This document shows positions 17,733-24,357 of a stretch of DNA of 32,000 nucleotides, in pieces (the stretch's first letter is position 1; every line of letters begins with the position of its first letter). A program made the translations under genes and the position numbers. The notes beneath the pieces are model-generated. The model was not told the DNA's origin. It searched no databases and saw only the letters and a program-made list of their open reading frames with translations. Source of the DNA: Nitrosococcus oceani ATCC 19707 (lineage in GTDB: Bacteria > Pseudomonadota > Gammaproteobacteria > Nitrosococcales > Nitrosococcaceae); the NCBI RefSeq assembly GCF_000012805.1, contig NC_007484.1, positions 600,001 through 632,000 of the forward strand, written 5' to 3'.

Positions 17733-18096
17733 ATGGCTATTTATGGAGTGGGAACAAATTGGGACGGAGAAGAGCAGAAAGATCGGTTTTTTTCCGAAGG
17801 AAAATTTATCCTCGGCTGGAATCAACGATCGGCCAGGTTCTCGGTCAATACGAGTGAAAGGAATTGGCATAGTAAAGCGCAGCTTGATGTCTTGCATGCT
17901 TGCCGGCGAATTAGAGGATAATGCTAGTAATTGGAACTCGCTCTTTGTGCATGTCGAGTGGTTAGTAAAAAAGGAATTCAAGGTCGAAATAGAGCCGGAT
18001 CACGGCCGCCTCACGAATATTCGGGCTGCTACCGTCTATGAAGAATATTTGCCCCAACTGCAAGAGTGCATCATCACTAGGCTTATAGATGTATAA
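17733..18096 (+). pseudogene. Hypothetical cassette gene, apparently disrupted (two frames)
   Basis: MAIYGVGTNWDGEEQKDRFFSEGKFILGWNQ (frame of 17733) appears to continue in the frame of ORF 17719..18096 (..DRPGSRSIRVKGIGIVKRS...VEWLVKKEFKVEI...YEEYLPQLQECI), whose TAA lies in the GTATAAC box. The junction is near 17830-17845. The homology is recalled only vaguely. Confidence 0.4.
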
Positions 18097-18165
18097 CAAA
18101 GCGCCGCAGTTGACCGCCTACGTCGCTGGCGCTCCTCCGGCGGCAACTGAGCTCAGGCGTTATGC
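18091..18165 (+). repeat. attC site (75 bp)
   Basis: GTATAAC aaagcgccgc AGTTGACCGCC ... GGCGGCAACT gagctcaggc GTTATGC. Confidence 0.8.
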
Positions 18166-18419
18166 CGACAAGAAACATGACAGTGAAGGCAACGAAATAC
18201 TTCCAGGCAACTCGGGTCAGACCGGATCGAGCGATAATCAAGGACGAATGGATTCAGCATGTAGTCCGGTTCCCTGAAAGAGAGTACATACAGGCAGACG
18301 GTCGAATAAGGCGATGGGCTAGAATTGAAGAAATGGAAAACCGATACCTGCGGGTAATCTTATTGTCGGATGGTAAAACCGTACACAACGCATTTTTTGA
18401 CAGAGGGTACAAGGCATGA
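18162..18419 (+). CDS. Putative toxin, DUF4258-like, paired with DUF2283
   Basis: 85 aa with ..RPDRAIIKDEWIQHVV.FPEREYIQADGRIRRWARIEE.ENRYLRVILLSDGKTVHNAFFDR. The ATG lies within the GTTATGC core (alternative ATG at 17 nt downstream, 18177). It has a 4-nt ATGA overlap with the next ORF. Confidence 0.5.
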   Translation: MPTRNMTVKATKYFQATRVRPDRAIIKDEWIQHVVRFPEREYIQADGRIRRWARIEEMENRYLRVILLSDGKTVHNAFFDRGYKA

Positions 18420-18613
18420 AAGTCAGCTATTTCGAAGACACAGACACGCTGTACATCGAGTTCCGCGACAATGACATAGCTGAGTCTAAAGACTTAGATG
18501 AGAACACTATTCTCGATGTGGATGCCAACGGTAACGTTTGCGCTATCACGTTCGAGCATGCAAGCCAGCGCACTGATGTAAGCCGTTTGATTGTCGAAGG
18601 CATTGCGGCATAA
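18416..18613 (+). CDS. DUF2283 family protein (putative antitoxin)
   Basis: MKVSYFEDTDTLYIEFRDN...ENTILDVDANGNVCAITFEHAS is the typical DUF2283 pattern. The TAA stop lies inside the GCATAAC box. Confidence 0.7.
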   Translation: MKVSYFEDTDTLYIEFRDNDIAESKDLDENTILDVDANGNVCAITFEHASQRTDVSRLIVEGIAA

Positions 18614-18794
18614 CAAGTCCATCCAACCGACGCCAAAAAGCGGCGCGAATCGGGGAGTTGACTGCGCTAAACGGCTGCCCGCGCCGCTTCGCATCGCATC
18701 GCTAACAACCGTTCGATTGGCAAAACCTCCTGCATAATCAGATGCCTCACATCTATTACCCAAGAGAACCCACCAGTTAGCTCCCCGATTATGT
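18608..18794 (+). repeat. Long attC-like site, copy D (187 bp; conserved module 18699-18794)
   Basis: GCATAAC at 18608-18614. AATCGGGGAGTTGAC (18646-18660) pairs with the 3' end AGTTAGCTCCCCGATT. The site ends ATTATGT. Confidence 0.6.
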
Positions 18795-18978
18795 GCACAA
18801 AGCCCGAAGCATTTGGTAGCATGATCCTGACGCCTCTAGGAGGTGAACGGGCGCCCATTAGGCTGTTCTCTGAACAGGCCCCGGGGGATGGGCTCTGCAA
18901 GCTCCGTCCAATTGGAAACTTACTTTTACGCGGTTGCGCCCGTGGGAGGCCCGGTCCTAGATCGGGCCTTTTGTCTTT
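18795..18978 (+). ncRNA. Candidate structured leader or non-coding RNA upstream of the reverse transcriptase
   Basis: About 185 nt with no convincing CDS and nested stems: GCCCAT...ATGGGC encloses CTGTTC-tct-GAACAG. A GC hairpin plus T-tract directly abuts the RT start codon. No SD precedes the RT ATG. Confidence 0.4.
18947..18978 (+). terminator. Intrinsic-terminator-like hairpin immediately 5' of the RT start
   Basis: AGGCCCG gtcctagat CGGGCCT followed by TTTGTCTTT. The RT ATG is at 18979. Confidence 0.5.
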
Positions 18979-20397
18979 ATGCCAATGAGATTCGAAGAGC
19001 ACCTTGAACGGGTCATCGCCGAGGAGGCAGATAAGCTAATTCAGAGATATCATGCTTATCACAACGCGCTTCACGTTGAACACCGTCGAAACTTGAAACG
19101 CATAAAAAATGCGCCGCCGAAGGTCGTCGAAGTTCCTGACTACTGGCAGCAGGATTTAAAGTTCAATCCGTTCTACGTTAAATCTCGGCGTAAGAGCATT
19201 GCCAGATCGATAACAAAGAAGCTCTCGAACAGCTCCTATACACCCCGGGATCCACACATCAAAGAGATCCCCAAACATGGCGGCGACGTGCGAAAGGTTG
19301 CCGTCTACTAGATCCCAGATGCCGCTGTTTCGAGGATTTTTTACGAGCGCCTGCTTGACAAGAACAAGCACAGATTCAGTTCGTTTTCGTACGCATACCG
19401 CAACGACCGAAACGTACACTTCGCCATTCAAGACATTTGGCTTGATGTGTCACGCGATGCCAGAGCATTTATCGCTGAGTTCGATTTCTCGGATTTTTTT
19501 GGTTCGATTTCCCATGAGTACCTTCGAGAGCAATTCGACTGCAACGGCTTTTATATCAGCGATGAAGAGCGCGTCGTTATTGACGCATTCTTGCAGTCGC
19601 GGGAGGTTGGGATTCCGCAGGGCACCTCAATCTCTCTGTTCTTAGCGAACTTGGTTTGCTGGAGGCTTGATCAGGAGTTTGAGCGGGCCGGCCTCAAATT
19701 TGCCAGGTACGCAGATGACACGGTGATATGGAGTCAGAGCTATCAGCGCATCTGCGATGCCTTTACCATCATCAACGATTTCTCAGCAGCAACCGGCATA
19801 AAGATCAACCCCAAGAAGTCTGATGGAATAAGCCTTCTTACACGTCCAGGTCTGCCGGCTGAACTTGCGAATACGAAGAGCTCCATCGACTTCCTGGGCT
19901 GCTCCATTTCTGTTAATTCAGTCGGCATCAAAAAGGCTTCGGTGCAGAATGTTCAGCAGCAGATTTCATATCTTCTTTATCGGAACCTTTTGCAGCCGTT
20001 GAGAGGGAAACAGCTCCGCGGACTTGTTATTCCTGCTAATGGCGAGGACCCAGCCCTCCTAACGGCGATGTTGCAAATTCGTCGTTATCTTTACGGTGGC
20101 TTGACCAGCCAACAACTCCGGAACTACATCAGTGGCCGGTCGAAGCGCATACATTTCAAAGGAATCATGAGCTTCTACCCGTTGGTCAATGACGAAGAAC
20201 AACTTCGATTTCTTGATGGGTGGCTAGTTTCGACAATCTTTAGGTCAGTTCAATTGAGGTCGAAACTCCTCAAAAAGTGGAAGCATGATCAATCGCATCA
20301 GTTTCCCTTCAATGTTCCGAGAGATGAGCTCGTTGCACGTTTCAAGGAACAGCGTATTGGGCGAAGTCGTCCGCTCGAAGTGCCGATTTTACCTTGA
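18979..20397 (+). pseudogene. Standalone reverse transcriptase (UG/Abi/DRT-like, not retron or group II) with an in-frame TAG at 19309-19311
   Basis: ORFs 18979..19311 and 19447..20397 share one frame and are separated only by a single TAG. RT motifs run in order: IPKHGGDVRKVAVY(*)IPDAAVSRIFYERL, FDFSDFFGSISH, GIPQGTSISLFLANL, ARYADDTVIW, GIKINPKKS, IDFLGCSIS. A C-terminal region of about 170 aa follows. Confidence 0.8.
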
Positions 20398-20489
20398 TCC
20401 AGAAGGCTCTAGAAGAAGGCCTTAAGGGACGCGGGATCGAGGGCGTAATGAATCCGGAAGCCAATGAATACAACTATTGAAGCGTCCGC

Positions 20490-20523
20490 ACATAACAAAC
20501 GCACCCGAGTTCAGGCGTTAAGG
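20490..20523 (+). repeat. Minimal or internally deleted attC-like remnant (34 bp)
   Basis: ACATAAC aaacgcacccgagttcaggc GTTAAGG. The two ends match the canonical sites (ATAACAAA.CGC... / ...GAGCTCAGGCGTTA), but the central arms are missing. Confidence 0.5.
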
Positions 20524-20529
20524 GTATAG

Positions 20530-20937
20530 ATGAAACTGGAAACACAGGTCACCGGAAATATCGGCCTTTATTACGTGTGCTATCACCTATCCCGACTGGG
20601 CTGGAATGTTATGCCAACCTCTCGGAATGCACGCGGAATTGATGTTATAGCCTATGATCGCACAGGAACTGAATTTATTGGCGTCCAAGTGAAAGCACTC
20701 ACAAAGCGCAATCCTGTCCCTCTCGGCAATAGCCTGGATAAGGTCATGGGAGACTTCTGGGTCATCGTTAACAATATCGGAAAGGAGCCGCAAACTTACG
20801 TGCTTCTTCCTGAAGAAGTAAAAAAACTGGTTCATAGGGGGGAGAAGGACGGTCGGGTCAGTTATTGGTTGCAGCCAAAATCTTACTGCGTGGATGAGTA
20901 TTTTGAGGCTTGGGGCCGCATCGGTCGGGGGCATTAA
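20530..20937 (+). CDS. Small PD-(D/E)xK-fold nuclease-like protein (135 aa)
   Basis: GNIGLYYVCYHLSRLGWNVMPTSRNARGIDVIAYDRTGTEFIGVQVKAL shows the helix ... D(GID) ... Q-V-K arrangement of small restriction-endonuclease-like proteins. Confidence 0.55.
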   Translation: MKLETQVTGNIGLYYVCYHLSRLGWNVMPTSRNARGIDVIAYDRTGTEFIGVQVKALTKRNPVPLGNSLDKVMGDFWVIVNNIGKEPQTYVLLPEEVKKLVHRGEKDGRVSYWLQPKSYCVDEYFEAWGRIGRGH

Positions 20938-20939
20938 AC

Positions 20940-21011
20940 CCTTAACAAGTGCATTAAATTCGTTCTGGCCCGATGGGCCTCCGGAGACGCCCTAGTCGGG
21001 CGCTGTTTATT
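20940..21011 (+). repeat. Possible terminal, poorly formed attC-like site (72 bp)
   Basis: CCTTAAC aagtgc ... GCCCGAtGGGC ctccggagac GCCCtagTCGGGC gct GTTTATT. The outer TAACAAGTGC pairs approximately with GCGCTGTTTA, but the 5' arm has a 15-nt unpaired insert and the 3' core is not GTTRRRY. Confidence 0.35.
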
Positions 21012-21316
21012 CTCATCTATGGAGCCACACCGGGCCATAGCCGTGGCAGATATATTGACAGCCCCCCTGCTTGGCTGATCAACCCATGGTTCAAGCTCGC
21101 ACTCGTTGTCGTGGGTCTTTTCATTATAGGTGCTTCACTCCACATAGCTAAATTCATCGCCTGCGGATCACCCTGCCCAAGCAGGCTAACCAGTGGCTGC
21201 TTTGGTTCCATCCTGCTATTATCGCCAACCTCAAGCGCCGTCTCTTGGGTGTTTGCCATGGCGCTTCCAAAGCCAGTGTACAAACATACCTCAGTGAATT
21301 TTGCTACTGTATAAAA

Positions 21317-22312
21317 ATGCAGCGAATATTGATCATTAAATTAGGGGCGCTCGGTGATATTATCATTGCGACCCCCCATATCAAACGAATCGTGGAGGGC
21401 TATCCCGAGGACGAGGTTTGGCTGCTCACCGCGCCGGGGTTTGCTGGCCTGTTTGCAGGCTATCCTAATCTACAAGTGAAGTCTTTCCCGAGAAAAGGCA
21501 TCCAGTCCCTGTTCCCTCCCCTAGGATGGATACGAAGCCAGGGTTTTCAAATGGTGTTCGACTTGCAAGGGAGCGACCGTAGTAAAACCATGGTGGCCCT
21601 TTCCGGGGCTGCCCGGCGCTACGGTTTAGGCCCAGGTTTCCCTTATACTCACTGCCCGCCTAACAAGGGAATTGTGGGCAAGGACGCCCATAGTTTCAGC
21701 CGCCTGAACCGGCTATTAGAAACGACGGGGTTGCCACCGGCACAGGCGGGTCCTTATCTTGAGGCCAGTGATGAGCAACGCCAAAAAGTAAAGGATTGGC
21801 TGGCAGAAAAAAGGCTGCTGGGAAGAGAGATCGCCCTCATCCATGCTGGTTCCAGCGCCCGTTGGGAGAGCAAGCGGTGGGCGGCCGCCCATTTTATTAC
21901 CCTGGGAACGATTCTGGAGCAGCAGGGGGTCGTGGTCATCTGGGTGGGCGGCTCGGAAGATGCTGAATTAAACCAAACCCTCTCCCAAAATATCGGTATG
22001 GATGCAACGGGGGATTTTTCTCTTCTGGAGCTTGTCGCGTTAGCGCGCCATGCCCGTTTTGCGGTGACCACCGACTCAGCGCCTATGCATGCTATCGCTG
22101 CTGCCGCTATCCCCGTTTATGCTTTGTTTGGACCCACCGACTGGCGCCGCAGCCATGCCGTTGGTCAGCAGCAGCGCGTTCTTGTGCATCCGGTAGCCTG
22201 CAGCCCGTGTTACCTGCCCGAGTGTCCCCCGCGGAATGCTCACCGTTGCCTGGCACAATTGCAGCCGGGGGAAGTGTTGGCACGCCTGCGCCAGGACGGG
22301 ATGCTGGGATAA
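21317..22312 (+). CDS. Glycosyltransferase family 9 (heptosyltransferase-like)
   Basis: MQRILIIKLGALGDIIIATPHIKRI... and ..TTDSAPMHAIAAAAIPVYALFGPTD are GT9 motifs. The ATG at 21317 is chosen over the ORF-track start at 21245. Confidence 0.8.
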   Translation: MQRILIIKLGALGDIIIATPHIKRIVEGYPEDEVWLLTAPGFAGLFAGYPNLQVKSFPRKGIQSLFPPLGWIRSQGFQMVFDLQGSDRSKTMVALSGAARRYGLGPGFPYTHCPPNKGIVGKDAHSFSRLNRLLETTGLPPAQAGPYLEASDEQRQKVKDWLAEKRLLGREIALIHAGSSARWESKRWAAAHFITLGTILEQQGVVVIWVGGSEDAELNQTLSQNIGMDATGDFSLLELVALARHARFAVTTDSAPMHAIAAAAIPVYALFGPTDWRRSHAVGQQQRVLVHPVACSPCYLPECPPRNAHRCLAQLQPGEVLARLRQDGMLG

Positions 22313-22339
22313 GGCTGGATGCCTAGATATTCTCTCCTA

Positions 22340-23407
22340 TTAATGGCCAAGCAGCTGGCTATAGAGATTCAGATAAGCAGTGACGATGGCTTCCCGGGAA
22401 TGATTACGCTGGAGGGTGGCGAGACCGTTTTTTCCTAACTGGGCTTGCAAAGCCTCGTCCGCGAGAAGGGCGGAAATTGCTTTGCTGAGAGCTTTGGGAT
22501 CGGCGTTAGGAGTGATCCATCCATTTTCGGTGGGGGTCATGAGTTCCTGGGCGCCTTGGGTGTTAGTGGCGATCACCGGTTTGCCATGGCTCCAGGCTTC
22601 GAGGATCACATTGCCCAGGGGCTCATGCCGGGAAGGGCAGATGAAAATATCAGCCAGTTGGTAAAAAACGCTAGGGTTTTGTTGCCAACCGCCCCAATGG
22701 ACCCGCCCTTCTAGGCGGAGGTTGGCAGCTTTGACCTGGAGTTCCTGTCTGAGGGGACCGTCACCAGCGATGAGCAAATGCACTGGCCGCCCGGCAATAG
22801 ATCTGGGCAAAAGAGCGAAGGCGGCCAGAAGATCCTCGAACCCTTTAACAGGATGAAGGCGGCCAACCGTAAGGAGCACCCAGGCATCCTCCGGGATGGT
22901 CAGCTCCACTTTAAGCTGATGAAGTAAGGTTGGTTTCGTTGGCAGGGGAAGATCGACAAAGTTGCTAATATGGAATACCCGCGCCGCAGGCATTCCCTGT
23001 TGCACCAAGTACTGACAGATCCCGCGGGTGTTGCCAACCCAGGCGTGGGCGTGGCGATAACCTTTAAGATTGTAGTAGTCGCCCAGGCGGGCAATATGGA
23101 TGGGTCCAACTTTACCAGGAATACGAGTCAAGCGCGTGGCCCGGCCCATATAGGTTTGTACAATCTCAGGCTGATAGTCGCGGATAAGTTGTCTAATTCG
23201 CCAACGAGCCCAGGGGTCCCAAACATTCCTCATGGGGATTGGTTTTTGGGGAACCTGGGAGTTTAGCGCCTCTCTGAGTGTACTCTGGGGAGGTAAAGCC
23301 GCCAGGATAGTTCCGGTAGTTTCGTGCAAGGCATTAACCAACCGGCAATAAAAACGCTCCGCGCCCCCTGATTGTTTGCTTCCGATCACGTGCAGGCAAC
23401 GGATCAT
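22340..23407 (-). CDS. Glycosyltransferase family 4
   Basis: 355 aa with the SRHEPLGNVILEAWSHGKPVIATNTQGAQE (E-x7-E) motif. Confidence 0.8.
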   Translation of the reverse strand: MIRCLHVIGSKQSGGAERFYCRLVNALHETTGTILAALPPQSTLREALNSQVPQKPIPMRNVWDPWARWRIRQLIRDYQPEIVQTYMGRATRLTRIPGKVGPIHIARLGDYYNLKGYRHAHAWVGNTRGICQYLVQQGMPAARVFHISNFVDLPLPTKPTLLHQLKVELTIPEDAWVLLTVGRLHPVKGFEDLLAAFALLPRSIAGRPVHLLIAGDGPLRQELQVKAANLRLEGRVHWGGWQQNPSVFYQLADIFICPSRHEPLGNVILEAWSHGKPVIATNTQGAQELMTPTENGWITPNADPKALSKAISALLADEALQAQLGKNGLATLQRNHSREAIVTAYLNLYSQLLGH

Positions 23408-24312
23408 GGCGTTTTCTCTAAAAGTTGAAAAAGGCGGTGAGCAACAGTAGTTGCTGACAGTTGTGCGAGTTGGCCATCAGGCGCTAATGCATAGGCGTTA
23501 CGATTCCCCCAGGGATGATAACGCTCCGGCCGCCCAGGGCCAAATAAGGTGAGGGTAGGGGTATTCATCGCCGCCGCTAAATGTCCGAGCCCCGAGTCGT
23601 TCCCTACAAAAATGCTGGCTTGTTGAAGTACTGCGGCTGCTTGCAGTAAATCGGTGCTTCCACATAGATCAACATAGGGTAGGGGCAAATGGGCGCCGAT
23701 CGCTTGGCTGCGTTCCCGATCCTGGAGGCCGCCGACGAGAACCACGCCATCAAAGCAGTTTTTGACAGCATTGACTAGTGCGGTGAAGGCAGATGCAGGC
23801 CAGATTTTGGGGGGCCAATTCGCCCCTGGCCCTAAAGCGAGCCAGCGGTGTCCCGGCAGTGGGGATAGTTGCGCTTTGGCAAACTGTACCTGTTGAGGCT
23901 GTAACCAAACCCGGCAGGGGGGAATGGGCGCAGAGGGAGATAGCAGAGATGCCACTACCGCCATGTGGCGTTCTACAGCATGGGGACCGGCAGGCTTAAT
24001 TCCTCGTTTGGTCAGGCGCTTTTGTGCTCTTAGTAGATAAGCCAGACCATCGGTGCGTAAATCTACCACCAGACTATAAGGAACGCGGCGTAGCTGATAA
24101 ATCAGACTGCCCAGCCCTCGCCAGCCAGCTTTTTTATTTTTATGGAAGATACGTCCCCGATAAGGACAGTGGGCAAAGACCAGGCTCGAACGTGGATCTG
24201 CCATGAGGTCGATGGTGGCTTCAGGAAAACATTGATGTAAGGCTTCGAGGGCGGGTGTGGTAAGTACCGCATCGCCAATGTTGCTGAGCGTAAAAAACAA
24301 TATCCGGCGCAC
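23404..24312 (-). CDS. Glycosyltransferase family 9 (heptosyltransferase-like)
   Basis: MRRILFFTLSNIGDAVLTTPALEAL... and FVGNDSGLGHLAAAMNTPTLTLFGP. It has a 4-nt overlap with the downstream GT4 gene. Confidence 0.8.
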   Translation of the reverse strand: MRRILFFTLSNIGDAVLTTPALEALHQCFPEATIDLMADPRSSLVFAHCPYRGRIFHKNKKAGWRGLGSLIYQLRRVPYSLVVDLRTDGLAYLLRAQKRLTKRGIKPAGPHAVERHMAVVASLLSPSAPIPPCRVWLQPQQVQFAKAQLSPLPGHRWLALGPGANWPPKIWPASAFTALVNAVKNCFDGVVLVGGLQDRERSQAIGAHLPLPYVDLCGSTDLLQAAAVLQQASIFVGNDSGLGHLAAAMNTPTLTLFGPGRPERYHPWGNRNAYALAPDGQLAQLSATTVAHRLFQLLEKTP

Positions 24313-24357
24313 GTTTTGATCGAGGTTTGGGCAAACTGCGAATGATACCAGACTAGC

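Larger units (their letters stand above)
9471..21011 (+). mobile_element. Integron-type gene cassette array without a visible integrase (CALIN-like), about 13 cassettes
   Basis: All ORFs lie on the + strand. Each is followed by an imperfect inverted-repeat site that begins ..TAAC/..CAAC and ends GTTRRRY (or ATTRRRY). Stop codons lie in or near the 5' box and start codons shortly after the 3' box. No tyrosine-recombinase ORF was found on either flank. Confidence 0.8.

Noticed and set aside
18979-20397. The RT could be a retron RT, or the IEP of an attC-targeting group IIC intron.
   Set aside because: Motif 7 is FLG-type, not the retron VTG. There is no maturase (X) or endonuclease domain. I could not see a GUGYG 5' end or a domain V-like hairpin flanking the ORF. 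The gene is in the same orientation as the cassettes, whereas IIC-attC introns insert in the opposite orientation.
9958-20523. The interspersed repeats could be taken for a CRISPR array.
   Set aside because: The repeats are 58-187 bp imperfect palindromes of variable sequence, separated by 0.4-1.7 kb gene-containing segments. They are not short identical repeats with 30-40 bp spacers, and no cas genes are present.
20973-21314. 113-aa (+) and 88-aa (-) ORFs in the right junction.
   Set aside because: They mutually overlap, have no RBS and no recognisable domain, and lie in a junction region. They are treated as non-coding pending homology evidence.
21245-21316. N-terminal extension of the GT9 ORF (track start 21245).
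   Set aside because: The conserved GT9 N-terminus begins at MQRILIIKLGALGD (ATG at 21317). The extension has no family resemblance.
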